Shown: one piece after another, positions 27,080 to 36,653 of the stretch
How positions within the stretch are numbered: the first letter of the stretch is position 1
Layout of the letters: every line of letters begins with the position of its first letter
Source of the DNA: an archaeon
GTDB taxonomy: Archaea; B1Sed10-29; WALL01
Reading direction: 5' to 3'
Assembly (NCBI GenBank): GCA_042584585.1
Contig: JBHOSQ010000005.1
Coordinates: forward strand, 1-64,000
DNA length: 64,000 nt
Notes under the pieces: generated by a model
Seen by the model: the letters and a program-made list of their open reading frames with translations, nothing else
What the model was told of the DNA's origin: nothing
Databases searched by the model: none
Made by a program: the position numbers and the translations under genes

Positions 27080-27105
27080 CCGAGTTCGAACATAACCTAG
27101 CTCCA

Positions 27106-28314
27106 ATGCTCAACCTAGTCGCGAAAAAAGAGGGCCTTCCGGTTTCAACAATCAAGAAAAGAGTGAGCGACGGCACCGTTGTCGTCCTCGCGAGCAGCAC
27201 GCGCAAGAACGCAGTCCCCGTGGGCGTTGGCAAGGGCCTCCGCACCAAAATCAACGTTAACGTCGGCACGTCTTCCGACATCGCGCGCCCGGCCGACGAG
27301 GTCCGCAAAGCAAAAATCGCGGTCAAGTACGGAGCCGACGCAGTCATGGACTTGAGCACCTGCCTCACGTCAAAGACAAGGAAAAAAATACTCGCGTCTG
27401 TCGCCGCGCCGGTCGGCACGGTTCCAATCTACGAGGCGCTATTCGGAAAAACCATCCACGACCTAACCGAAGACGATTTCCTCAACGCGATTGAGTCACA
27501 CCTCAACGACGGCGTTGACTTCGTGACCATTCACTCTGGCGTCACGCGCAAAGGCGTCGCCAAGACCCGGAAGCGGACCACTGGGATAGTGAGCCGCGGC
27601 GGCGCAATCCTGTCGGCGTGGATGGAGCTGAACAAAAAAGAAAACCCGCTGTACACAAACTTCGACTCAATCCTGGGACTGCTGAAGAAGCACAACGCCA
27701 CAATCAGCCTTGGCGACGGCCTGCGGCCAGGCAGCATTGCCGACGCGACCGACGCCGCACAAATCACCGAGCTAAAAACCCTCGGGAAGCTCGTCCTCCG
27801 TGCCAGGGACGCAGGCGTCCAGGCAATGGTCGAGGGGCCCGGGCACATCCCTGTCCACCAAATAATCAAGAACGTGGAGCTGGAGAAAAAGTATTGCCAC
27901 GGCGCGCCTTTCTACGTCCTTGGTCCGCTCGTGACGGACATTGCGCCGGGCTACGACCACATCACCGCAGCAATCGGAGGCGCCATCGCGGGAGCCTACG
28001 GCGCAGACTTCTTGTGCGACGTTACGCCTTCCGAGCACTTGTGCCTCCCGGACGACGACGACATCAAAGAAGCGACAATAACAGCGAAAATCGCGGCGCA
28101 CGCGGCGGACGTGGCAAAGGGCATTGACGCCGACGTCGACAAAAAGATGTCTGAGGCCAGGCATGCCCTGGACTGGGACAAGCAGCTTGGGTATGCAATC
28201 GACAAGGAAAAGCCCAAGAGGTACCTGAAGCGCCGGCCCGCCACCAAGAAAAAGAAGTGCACAATGTGCGGAGAGCTTTGTGCCATGCGGCTTTTCGACG
28301 ACTACGTGGCGTGA
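27106..28314 (+). CDS. thiC: Phosphomethylpyrimidine synthase
   Basis: 'TKINVNVGTS', 'SLGDGLRPG', 'EGPGH', 'TDIAPGYDH', C-terminal CTMCGELC. Confidence 0.95.
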   Translation: MLNLVAKKEGLPVSTIKKRVSDGTVVVLASSTRKNAVPVGVGKGLRTKINVNVGTSSDIARPADEVRKAKIAVKYGADAVMDLSTCLTSKTRKKILASVAAPVGTVPIYEALFGKTIHDLTEDDFLNAIESHLNDGVDFVTIHSGVTRKGVAKTRKRTTGIVSRGGAILSAWMELNKKENPLYTNFDSILGLLKKHNATISLGDGLRPGSIADATDAAQITELKTLGKLVLRARDAGVQAMVEGPGHIPVHQIIKNVELEKKYCHGAPFYVLGPLVTDIAPGYDHITAAIGGAIAGAYGADFLCDVTPSEHLCLPDDDDIKEATITAKIAAHAADVAKGIDADVDKKMSEARHALDWDKQLGYAIDKEKPKRYLKRRPATKKKKCTMCGELCAMRLFDDYVA

Positions 28315-28353
28315 TTGCAAAAGCTTAAATAATTCCTACGAGCCAAATATGCC

Positions 28354-29100
28354 ATGCGGTTGCTTACTGACTCCCTAGAGGCCTATGTTGAGTCATTGTC
28401 CCTCATCTCGGTTTTTGGGTTTTTGGTGTTCGCAGTCATGCTCTTGCTTCTCGGGATGTTCACCTACGTAGTCGTGGGCGCGGGGTTCGTCCGGTACGCT
28501 GACGTTCTCGCGGGCGCAATCCCCATCGCGGACGCACTCATCCTAATCATCGTTGGAATCGTCAGCCTGTTCTCGGTTTCGTTCCTATCCACGGCGGTAA
28601 CTCTCATTGTGAAGCTGCGCCGCTCGATGGACGACCTCCACTTCACAAAGCTCTTGGTAAAGTTCCCGAGGTACGTGCTCCGCCTCATGATCGCGTGGGG
28701 CATAATCGGTGTGGTCACGTTCTTAATCGGCCTTGTGTTCAACGCAGTCGGCCTGCCCCCGTTCACGACGGCGCTCGCCATGCTCGTGCTGTGGGCGCCA
28801 TTCATCTTCCTGCCGCAGTCCATGATCCTGCACGACAAGGAGTTCGTGGACGCGCTGAAGGACTGCGTGAAATACTGCCTAAGAAAGCCGCTTGGAGTCG
28901 TGGTGTATTACATCCTAACCACCTTCCTGCTGGCGTTCCTGCTCGTGATTGACGTCGGCCTCGGCCAGACCGGAATCTTTTGGCTGCCGGTGCTCGTCGA
29001 CACGCTGCTCCTGTTCCTGTTTGTAATCCCGTACCTTGAGGTCCTGAAGGCCAACCTCTACCTCACACAGTACCGGCTTTTGTTGAGTGGATTAAAATGA
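28354..29100 (+). CDS. Hypothetical multipass membrane protein
   Basis: About six hydrophobic helices, TATA-like AAAGCTTAAATA upstream. Confidence 0.65.
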   Translation: MRLLTDSLEAYVESLSLISVFGFLVFAVMLLLLGMFTYVVVGAGFVRYADVLAGAIPIADALILIIVGIVSLFSVSFLSTAVTLIVKLRRSMDDLHFTKLLVKFPRYVLRLMIAWGIIGVVTFLIGLVFNAVGLPPFTTALAMLVLWAPFIFLPQSMILHDKEFVDALKDCVKYCLRKPLGVVVYYILTTFLLAFLLVIDVGLGQTGIFWLPVLVDTLLLFLFVIPYLEVLKANLYLTQYRLLLSGLK

Positions 29101-30683
29101 AGTTTATTGTTGTTACCGGCGGAGTGCTGAGCGGATTGGGGAAGGGCATCGTCACCAGCTCAATCGGCAAGATATTGGAGTCACGTGGCTACAAAGTCAT
29201 GCCAGTCAAGTTTGACGGCTACCTGAACGTCGACGCTGGCACCATGAACCCATACCGCCACGGCGAAGTCTTTGTCCTCGACGACGGCACCGAGTGCGAC
29301 ATGGACCTCGGGAACTACGAGCGATTCCTCAACATCACAGCGGTCCGCGCCAACAACCCGACGGGCGGAAAAATATTCGAGAAAGTCCTTGCCAAGGAGC
29401 GCAAGGGCGAATACTTGGGCGTGGACGTCCAGTTCATCCCCCACGTCACAGGCGAAATCAAGGACTGGGTGCGCGGCGTCGGCAAGGACACGGGCGCCGA
29501 CGTAATCGTCATCGAGGTCGGCGGCACGGTCGGCGACATCGAAAACTCGTATTTCATTGAAGCAATGCGTGAACTCCACCAGGAAGAAGGGCACGAAAAC
29601 GTCGTGTTCTGCCACGTCACCCTCGTGCCCAAGCTGAAGGTAGTCGGCGAGCAGAAGACCAAGCCCACACAGCAAAGCATAAAACAATTGTTGGGAATGG
29701 GTGTGCAGCCCGACTTCGTGCTGTGCAGGTGCGACGAGCCACTCGACGACAGCCCACGCGAAAAAATCGCGCTGTTCGGGAACGTTAAACCCGAAAACGT
29801 CATTTCGGACCACGACTGCGACACAATCTACGAAGTGCCGTTCGTCCTCGAGAGTGATGACTTGGGCGACAAGCTGCTGAAGCGCCTGGAGATGGAGGTC
29901 AGGCCACCGTCGCTTTTGGACTGGCGCGCCATGGTCGACAACATCAAAAACCCGGAGAAAGAAATCACGGTCGCAATCACCGGAAAGTACACTGCGCTCA
30001 AGGACTCGTACGTCTCGATAATGGAGGCGCTCACCCACGCGGGCGCGCACCACCACACCAAAATAAACCTGGTATGGGTCGAGACCACCAACATCGAGGA
30101 CAAAAAGATAACCGTTGAAAAAGCACTGGAGGGAGTGGACGGAATCATCGTGCCCGGTGGCTTCGGGAGCAGGGGCACGGAAGGAAAAATCGCGTGCGTC
30201 AAGTACTGCCGCGAGAACAACATTCCTTACCTTGGCTTGTGCTACGGATTCCAAATGGCGGTCATTGACGCGGCGAGGAACATGTGCGGCCTCGAGGGCG
30301 CGAACTCGACAGAGGCAGACCCCAAGAGCCCCCACCCCGTAATCACAATCCTCCCGGACTCCGCCGGAGACCTCGGCGGGACCATGCGGCTCGGCGCGTA
30401 CGAGGCGCTTCTGAAGAAGGGCTCGCGTGTCGCCGAACTGTACGGCAAGACAAAAGTAAGCGAGCGCCACCGCCACCGCTATGAAGTCAACCCGGACTAC
30501 ATCGAAAAAATCGAGGCGGGCGGGCTCGTGTTTTCCGGCCGTTCCGAGGACGGGCGGCTCATGGAGTTCCTTGAGCTTCCGGACCACAAGTTCTTCATTG
30601 GGACACAGGCGCACCCCGAGTTCAAGACGCACCTCGAGGAGCCGGCGCCGCTGTTCTATGGATTCGTCGGTGCCTGTTTATGA
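29097..30683 (+). CDS. pyrG: CTP synthase
   Basis: 'TGGVLSGLGKG', 'HGEVFV', 'GGFGSRG', 'GLCYG', 'ERHRHRYE', 'HPEF'. Confidence 0.98.
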   Translation: MKFIVVTGGVLSGLGKGIVTSSIGKILESRGYKVMPVKFDGYLNVDAGTMNPYRHGEVFVLDDGTECDMDLGNYERFLNITAVRANNPTGGKIFEKVLAKERKGEYLGVDVQFIPHVTGEIKDWVRGVGKDTGADVIVIEVGGTVGDIENSYFIEAMRELHQEEGHENVVFCHVTLVPKLKVVGEQKTKPTQQSIKQLLGMGVQPDFVLCRCDEPLDDSPREKIALFGNVKPENVISDHDCDTIYEVPFVLESDDLGDKLLKRLEMEVRPPSLLDWRAMVDNIKNPEKEITVAITGKYTALKDSYVSIMEALTHAGAHHHTKINLVWVETTNIEDKKITVEKALEGVDGIIVPGGFGSRGTEGKIACVKYCRENNIPYLGLCYGFQMAVIDAARNMCGLEGANSTEADPKSPHPVITILPDSAGDLGGTMRLGAYEALLKKGSRVAELYGKTKVSERHRHRYEVNPDYIEKIEAGGLVFSGRSEDGRLMEFLELPDHKFFIGTQAHPEFKTHLEEPAPLFYGFVGACL

Positions 30684-32716
30684 GAATCATCGTGGCAGAA
30701 AAAGCGATTGCGGCGAAGCGTATCGCCGAAATACTTGGGTCGAAGGCACCCAAGCCAATCCGCGAGGGAAGGACCACGGTCTACGACATCGGGAACGACA
30801 CAGTTGTAATCGCGATGAGTGGCCACGTGCTGAACGTGGACTATCCCAAGGCCTACAACAACTGGCGCGCGGTGAACCTGCGCCAGCTCGTGAACGCGCC
30901 GCTGCGTTACGAGGCGTCCATGCCGTCCATCGTGACTGCACTGAAAAAGTACGGCAAAAACGCTGACCTAATCACGATTGCCACGGACTACGACACAGAG
31001 GGCGAGTCCATCGGCCGCGAGGCATTGACGATAATCAACAAGAAAACAATCAAGGTCAACCGCGCCCACTTTTCTGCCATCACTCCTGAAGAGGTCCGCC
31101 ACGCGTTTGACAATCTTGTCCCGCTCGACTACAACTTGGCGGACTCTGCGGACTGCCGCAGGGAAGTCGACTTGATTTGGGGCGCTGTACTGACGCGCTA
31201 CGTTTCATTGGCCGCCGCGCGCCTGGGCAAAGACTTCTTGTCCGTGGGCCGGGTGCAGACCCCGACCCTCGCATTAATCGTTGACCGCGAGAAAGAGCGC
31301 CGCGCCTTCAAGGCAACGCCTTACTGGGAAATGCTGGCGGTCTTCAACAAGGGCAAGGACTTCGAGGCGTCGCATTCCACTGGCCGCTTCACTGCCGAGC
31401 CCAAGGAGCTTTTCGAGCGCCTCAAAAAAGAAAAAGAGGGCACGGTCAAGGACGTCAGCAAGAAAAAGAAGAACTTGTTCCCGCCAACGCCGTTCAACAC
31501 GACGGAATTCCTTCGTTCCGCCAGCTCAATAGGCGTCGACCCGTCGAGGGCAATGGTTATCGCCGAGTCGCTTTACACGTCCGGGTTCATCAGCTATCCC
31601 CGAACCGACAACACTGTTTTCCCGGAGTCAATCCAGCTCAAGAAAATCACCGAATCGTTTCTGGGTGGAGAGTTCGACAAGGACGCGAAGCTCGTGCTTG
31701 CCCAAAAGAAGCTTGTCCCAACGAAAGGCAAGAAAAAGACGACCGACCACCCGCCTATCCACCCGGTGGCTCCCGCTTCAAGCAAAGTGCTTCCCTCGGA
31801 CCAGTGGAAGGTCTACGAATTAATCGTCCGCAGGTTCTTTTCGACGATGCTCCCGAAATGCGAGCTGGACACCGTGCGCGCTCTCATTGAAGTTACGGGC
31901 GAGGACTTCGTGGCGAACGGCCAGACCATCCGCTCGCCCGGCTGGAAAGCAGTTTACACTTATTCCAAGACGAAGGAAGTCGAGCTCCCGCCTTTGGCGA
32001 AGGGTGACGTGGTGAAGCTGAAGGACTTGAGTTTGCTTGCAAAGGAGACCCAGCCACCGAAGCTTTACACTCCGTCCGCGCTCATCAAGGCGCTGGAGGA
32101 CAAAAACCTCGGCACCAAGTCGACGAGGCCCGAGATAATCCGCAAGCTCGTGAGCAGGAACTATATCCGTGGCACCAAGAACTACGAGCCGACTGAAGTC
32201 GCGTTCGCAGTAATCAGTGTCCTTGAGAAAGTGGCCTCGGACATCACGAGCCCGAAAATGACTTCTAAGCTGGAAAAAGAGATGGAACTCATCGGTGCTG
32301 GCGAGAAAAAGAAGCCTGATGTGGTTGATGCCTCGCGGAAGATGCTTGACACCATCATGGATGAGCTGACGCGCGGCCACGACGAAATCAGCAAGTCGCT
32401 GCGTGGCGCGGTCGCGGACGTGAACACAGTTGGAAAGTGTGAGTGCAGTGGTGACTTGCGCATCATTACTTCCCGGGCGTCCGGAAAGCGCTTTGTGGGG
32501 TGCTCGCGATACAGCGAGGGATGCCGTGTGTCGTACCCGTTGCCGCAAAAAGGAAAAGTGATTCCATTGGGCACGGTGTGCGAGCCGTGTGGCACTCCGA
32601 GGATAAAGGTCTTGAACGGGCGCCGCAGTTACGAGATGTGCATCGACATGAACTGCGAGACCAAGAAGGACTGGGGAAAGAAAAAAGAAAAGAAGAAAGA
32701 AACGAAGGCTAAATGA
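30680..32716 (+). CDS. topA: Type IA DNA topoisomerase
   Basis: 'AEK', TOPRIM 'ATDYDTEGE', 'GRVQTP', catalytic 'ISYPRT', C-terminal Zn ribbon. Confidence 0.96.
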   Translation: MRIIVAEKAIAAKRIAEILGSKAPKPIREGRTTVYDIGNDTVVIAMSGHVLNVDYPKAYNNWRAVNLRQLVNAPLRYEASMPSIVTALKKYGKNADLITIATDYDTEGESIGREALTIINKKTIKVNRAHFSAITPEEVRHAFDNLVPLDYNLADSADCRREVDLIWGAVLTRYVSLAAARLGKDFLSVGRVQTPTLALIVDREKERRAFKATPYWEMLAVFNKGKDFEASHSTGRFTAEPKELFERLKKEKEGTVKDVSKKKKNLFPPTPFNTTEFLRSASSIGVDPSRAMVIAESLYTSGFISYPRTDNTVFPESIQLKKITESFLGGEFDKDAKLVLAQKKLVPTKGKKKTTDHPPIHPVAPASSKVLPSDQWKVYELIVRRFFSTMLPKCELDTVRALIEVTGEDFVANGQTIRSPGWKAVYTYSKTKEVELPPLAKGDVVKLKDLSLLAKETQPPKLYTPSALIKALEDKNLGTKSTRPEIIRKLVSRNYIRGTKNYEPTEVAFAVISVLEKVASDITSPKMTSKLEKEMELIGAGEKKKPDVVDASRKMLDTIMDELTRGHDEISKSLRGAVADVNTVGKCECSGDLRIITSRASGKRFVGCSRYSEGCRVSYPLPQKGKVIPLGTVCEPCGTPRIKVLNGRRSYEMCIDMNCETKKDWGKKKEKKKETKAK

Positions 32717-33185
32717 CTTTTATTTTGTGCGTTTCTTTTAGCGTTTTGAATCCAACCATTCCGAGCCCACGGCCGTTTCCTTCGCCAAGGGCTTTCGCGA
32801 CTTTTTTTATTACATGTGTGTACTCGTCTCGGTCCTTCACGCGGAACTTTATCAAGTAGTCCCATTCGCCAGAGATGAAGAACACTTCGAGCACTTCAGG
32901 AATTGCAGCCAGCAGTTTGGGGATGTCCTCGACAAGATCCAGGTCTTTTCTGAGTGGCACACGGCCAAGGGTAAACGCCACAAACCCTCTGCCTGTTTTC
33001 TCTGGGTCAACGGTTGCGCTAAGCCCAGTAACATATCCTTCACGCACGAGCTTGTCTATCTTTGTCTTCACTGTTGAAGTCGGCAGCCCAAGCTTGTGCG
33101 CCAACATTGTGACCCTTGGGACACATGCATCGTCTTTCTGCAGCAGGTTCAAAAGCTTCTTGTCCTCTGCTTTAAGCGCCTTCAT
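32709..33185 (-). CDS. Lrp/AsnC family transcriptional regulator
   Basis: N-terminal HTH 'LAHKLGLPTSTV...L..G', RAM domain 'IPEVLEVFFISGEWDYLIK'. Confidence 0.92.
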   Translation of the reverse strand: MKALKAEDKKLLNLLQKDDACVPRVTMLAHKLGLPTSTVKTKIDKLVREGYVTGLSATVDPEKTGRGFVAFTLGRVPLRKDLDLVEDIPKLLAAIPEVLEVFFISGEWDYLIKFRVKDRDEYTHVIKKVAKALGEGNGRGLGMVGFKTLKETHKIKVI

Positions 33186-33280
33186 TACGTATGGTATGCG
33201 GTTTTTTGCATATAAACCCGTATGTTTTACGTATATGGTTCGGGAATCTTCTTTTAAAACCCTTGCAATAACTATTCAGG
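33186..33280. promoter_or_regulatory. Divergent promoter region with repeated/palindromic elements
   Basis: TACGTA twice, ATGC-N8-GCAT, TATAAA and TTTTAAAA boxes. Confidence 0.45.
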
Positions 33281-33721
33281 ATGCGGGGCGTTATACTTGG
33301 CTGCAGAAAGTTCAAGTACACAGATACCCGCAAGTCCACTTGGCCGAAAGGGATTTTTCCCACTGCGTTTGGAAGCGGCGAGTTCCGTGATGCCATTGTG
33401 GTCTTGTCCTGCATAGAGAAAGGGGATAACATGGAGTACATTGAGTCTGCGGTGCAAAGGGTAGTGGAGCTGAACAATGCGTTCCACCGAAAGAAGAAAG
33501 TGGTAATCCTGCCTTTCGCGCACTTGTCGAACAAACTGGAGCACCCGCGCAAGGCTCTTCCGTTGTTGGTCCATTTCCAGGAGCGCCTTCAGGAAGAAGG
33601 GTTTTCGGTTGGCTCGGCGAGTTTCGGCACGGACAAGGACGCGTTGTTCGACATTCTTGGTCACCGCGCGAGTGTTTCGTACTTTGAATTTCCTTACAAT
33701 GGAAAGCAGGAAGTGGAATGA
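33281..33721 (+). CDS. Stand-alone archaeal ThrRS editing-domain (DTD-like fold) protein
   Basis: 'CIEKGD', 'ILPFAHLS', 'GFSV..A.FG..K', 'GH' match the archaeal ThrRS N-terminal editing domain. Confidence 0.88.
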   Translation: MRGVILGCRKFKYTDTRKSTWPKGIFPTAFGSGEFRDAIVVLSCIEKGDNMEYIESAVQRVVELNNAFHRKKKVVILPFAHLSNKLEHPRKALPLLVHFQERLQEEGFSVGSASFGTDKDALFDILGHRASVSYFEFPYNGKQEVE

Positions 33722-34728
33722 TGGACGCACCCGTCTTGAAAGGATACATGTTCAGCAAGGAAGACATAGACCTGGCAGTGAGGGAGCAACACTTGTTGAT
33801 GCTCCTCCTCGCATTCAATACCGAATGTAATCTGGCGTGTCCTTTTTGTTTTACATCCCAAGGAAAAAAGAGTGCTGTTGAGCTAGCGGGTAAGGGCATT
33901 GGAGCTCAGCTTGTAGACCTTGCTCTTTTGAAGCAGTTGATTGACCAGGGGGGCGAACTGGGTGTTAAGTCGGTTTGCATTTGGGGCGAGGGCGAGCCGA
34001 TGCTTGACAAGAAAACCGTGTTCGAGCTCGTCGACTACGCCAACAGTAAGGGCATGACACCAGTGGTTTTCACGAACGGAACCTTTGTCGACGAACATAC
34101 TGCAAAGCAACTCTTTGAAAAGAATGTGTCTGTCGTCGGCAAGCTTTACAGCTTTGACCCGGCAGTGAACGAGGAGCTTACGGGCGGCAAGAGGCGTTAC
34201 AGCTACGTCGAATTCGCTGGCAGAAAAGTACCGTCCCATATAATGGCTTTGCTGGAGGCCGGCTTCGCAGGTACTAATCGTTTCGCGCTCCACACCGTGG
34301 TGACCACAAAAAACATTGGTGAACTCTCTACAGTGTGGAGGTGGGAACGGGAGCAAGGCATAATCCCGTTCATGGACTTCTTGTACATGCCTAACCCTAG
34401 CCTGGACCTGGGAGTCGAAGAGCGGGTGAAGCTACAGAAACAAATCTGGGAACTTGACAAGGGGTTGGGCTTTGACTATGGCCTCACCATAGGGCCCGCA
34501 CTTGGCCCAAGGAAGTGTGACACGCGGGCATCCCTCTTTGTTGGCGCGCATGGGATAGCGCGCGTCTGTGGAGCAACTTACAGGTTTCTGGGCGACACGC
34601 GGACCACGCCACTAAAGCAGATAATCCAACGGAAGCAGGAGGTTGACGCGGGTCTTTGCAGGGGGACAGAAAAAGGCTGCGTCTTCTGTGACTGCTACTT
34701 ATATAATCAAGAGAAGGTGAAAAAATGA
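33718..34728 (+). CDS. Radical SAM protein with C-terminal Cys-rich (SPASM/twitch-like) domain
   Basis: CNLACPFC, 'GEGEP', 'FTNG', C-terminal C..VC..LGD..C..CVFCDC. Confidence 0.9.
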   Translation: MMDAPVLKGYMFSKEDIDLAVREQHLLMLLLAFNTECNLACPFCFTSQGKKSAVELAGKGIGAQLVDLALLKQLIDQGGELGVKSVCIWGEGEPMLDKKTVFELVDYANSKGMTPVVFTNGTFVDEHTAKQLFEKNVSVVGKLYSFDPAVNEELTGGKRRYSYVEFAGRKVPSHIMALLEAGFAGTNRFALHTVVTTKNIGELSTVWRWEREQGIIPFMDFLYMPNPSLDLGVEERVKLQKQIWELDKGLGFDYGLTIGPALGPRKCDTRASLFVGAHGIARVCGATYRFLGDTRTTPLKQIIQRKQEVDAGLCRGTEKGCVFCDCYLYNQEKVKK

Positions 34729-35123
34729 AAATTCCTGAAGAAGCAAAAAAACTTTTTGATGCCCAGGACATTGTGGCGTTCGGCACTGCCGACGCGAATG
34801 GCGTGCCCAACGTGTGCGCTGTGTTCTGGAAGACCGTAACTGCTGAGGACACTATCCTGATATTGGACAATTTTTTCAAGCAGACGAAGCAAAACCTCGC
34901 GGAAAACAGTGAAGTATGTATCTCTTTTTGGGACACTTCAACAGAAGAGGGGTACAAACTCAAAGGCACTGCAACTTACCACACTAAAGGCCAGGTGTTC
35001 GAGCAAGGACAGGCGTGGATGCAGTCCAAAAAGCCCGGGCGCGTTCCACGGGGTGTTGTCGAAGTAAAAGTCAACCAGGTCTTTGTCATCACTCCGGGCG
35101 AACACGCAGGCGAGCTGTTATAA
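34725..35123 (+). CDS. Pyridoxamine 5'-phosphate oxidase-like FMN-binding split-barrel protein
   Basis: 'GTADANGVPN', 'DNFFKQTKQNL.EN', 'GYKLKG', 'TPG.HAG'. Confidence 0.88.
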   Translation: MKIPEEAKKLFDAQDIVAFGTADANGVPNVCAVFWKTVTAEDTILILDNFFKQTKQNLAENSEVCISFWDTSTEEGYKLKGTATYHTKGQVFEQGQAWMQSKKPGRVPRGVVEVKVNQVFVITPGEHAGELL

Positions 35124-35155
35124 CTTTTTATACTGCCCCGCGAATAACTCCGTTG

Positions 35156-35881
35156 ATGGAAATCGAGCTGGACTTGAAGAAGTCCTTGCACGAGAACGCG
35201 GGCGACTACTACGACCGCGCGAAGAAGCTGAAGAAAAAAGCCGCGGGCGCGCGCGAAGCGCTCGAGGCAAGCAAGCGCGAGCTGGAGAAAGCCCAAGAAA
35301 CCGAAAAGCCCACCACGCTCGAGAAAAAGCGAAAGCGCGACTGGTTCGAAAAATACCACTGGCTCAAGACCACCAACGGCTTTTTGGTTGTCGCTGGCCG
35401 CGACGCCAAAAGCAACGAAGCTGTCGTCAAGCGCCAAATGAAAAAAGACGACTTGTTCTTCCATGCCGACATACAAGGCGCGGCAGTCACAATCCTAATC
35501 GACGGGCAAAAAGCCAAGAAACAAGACCGCGAGGACGCAGCAAAACTAGCCGCAGTCTTTTCAAAGGCATGGGGTGCGGGCGTCGGCTCAATCAACGTCT
35601 ACTCAGTCAAGCCAGACCAAGTCAAGACCGCAGCCAAAGCAGGCGAATCTTTGGCAAAGGGCTCTTTTGTCATGGAAGGCAAGCGCGAGTGGTTCAAGAG
35701 CGTCCCACTAGAAATCTTCGCTGTTTTTGACGGGTTTCCAGCGGTTTCCGCGACCCAAGGCATCCGCATCACCCCCGGAAAAACCAAGAAAAGCGACCTA
35801 GCCAAAAAGCTCAGGGCAAAGTTCGGCGGCACACTCGACGACTGGATGCTCGTCCTCCCCAGCGGGGGTGACATGAAGTGA
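35156..35881 (+). CDS. NFACT-R (DUF814) domain protein, short Rqc2/RqcH homologue
   Basis: 'NAGDYYDRAKKLKKK', 'WFEKYHW', 'GRDAKSNE', 'HADIQGA', 'SKAW', 'KGSF..G.R'. Confidence 0.88.
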   Translation: MEIELDLKKSLHENAGDYYDRAKKLKKKAAGAREALEASKRELEKAQETEKPTTLEKKRKRDWFEKYHWLKTTNGFLVVAGRDAKSNEAVVKRQMKKDDLFFHADIQGAAVTILIDGQKAKKQDREDAAKLAAVFSKAWGAGVGSINVYSVKPDQVKTAAKAGESLAKGSFVMEGKREWFKSVPLEIFAVFDGFPAVSATQGIRITPGKTKKSDLAKKLRAKFGGTLDDWMLVLPSGGDMK

Positions 35882-36051
35882 AATCATTCACAGAACTCGT
35901 AAGGGACCCAAACTTCACCATCGCACTCGCAGCAGCCTTTATTCTCGCGGGGTGGAACCTCGCGTACGGCTCGTGGTGGATAGGCGTGGTATTTCTCGTT
36001 CTTATAATGGGCTCGATAGCCCTAAACGTGTGGAAAACCCGCAAAGCTTAA
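35878..36051 (+). CDS. Small 2-TM membrane protein (57 aa, not in ORF track)
   Basis: GGGGGTGA SD and GTGA overlap. MKSFTELVRDPNFTIALAAAFILAGWNLAYGSWWIGVVFLVLIMGSIALNVWKTRKA. Confidence 0.6.
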   Translation: MKSFTELVRDPNFTIALAAAFILAGWNLAYGSWWIGVVFLVLIMGSIALNVWKTRKA

Positions 36052-36077
36052 AATAGGTCGTGTGCGTTACCTCAACC

Positions 36078-36653
36078 GTGGCCATAGAAAACACAATTCA
36101 GATTCCACTCCTAAACGCAGTCCTTTCCCTAATCCTCACGGTCTTTTTCCTGCAGCGCTCGCGCTTCAAGGACTATCGCAAGCTCATGCTCGTCGGCTTG
36201 TTCGCGTTCACGGCCATAGCCTCAATACTCAACATGTTCTTCGGGGCACCCTTCGCTGTTTTGGTGCCGGTCGTTGGGCTATTGCTTGTTTCGCTAACGT
36301 TCGCCGACTGGTTCGAAGACAAATGGCTAAAGCCACTGTGCCTAAGCTACTTCGCAATAGTCGCCCTCTCACTCATCGGGGCGTTCTTCATTGGCTTCTC
36401 GGCCTACGCCTACCTCTACGCCTACCTTGGGGAGCTAAGGGGATTCGTCGCACTCGTCCTCGCACTAATAACCATCGGAATGTTCGGACAGGCATACGTC
36501 CGCACGCGCAGCACCAAACTACTGATATTCTTCGTGTCAGTCTTGTTCTTCAGCGGGGCCGCGCTCTTGAACGTTGCCGCGCTTGACGCCGCCGCGGAAT
36601 ATGCACGGCTCGCCGCCTACGTAATGTTTGCGTTTCCGTTCATCATGGAATAA
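36078..36653 (+). CDS. Hypothetical ~7-TM membrane protein
   Basis: Hydrophobic helices throughout. A TATA-like box about 25 nt upstream of GTG suggests a leaderless start (start uncertain). Confidence 0.6.
   Translation: MAIENTIQIPLLNAVLSLILTVFFLQRSRFKDYRKLMLVGLFAFTAIASILNMFFGAPFAVLVPVVGLLLVSLTFADWFEDKWLKPLCLSYFAIVALSLIGAFFIGFSAYAYLYAYLGELRGFVALVLALITIGMFGQAYVRTRSTKLLIFFVSVLFFSGAALLNVAALDAAAEYARLAAYVMFAFPFIME

Noticed and set aside
27080-27105. TPP riboswitch upstream of thiC
   Set aside because: Only 26 nt of intergenic space and no recognisable TPP aptamer.
29181-30632. 483-aa antisense ORF over pyrG (and similar long antisense ORFs over the pilus ATPase, cdc48, topA, pheS, rfcL)
   Set aside because: Shadow frames caused by GC-rich codon bias of well-identified genes. 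They contain no recognisable motifs.
33718-34728. Radical SAM as a RiPP maturase working with TldD/E
   Set aside because: No adjacent precursor peptide or PqqD-like domain seen, and tldD/E are 25 kb away.
32700-35135. Flanking att/target duplications for the Lrp-radical SAM islet
   Set aside because: Only short T-rich matches (ACTTTT) at the ends, which is not significant, and no integrase.
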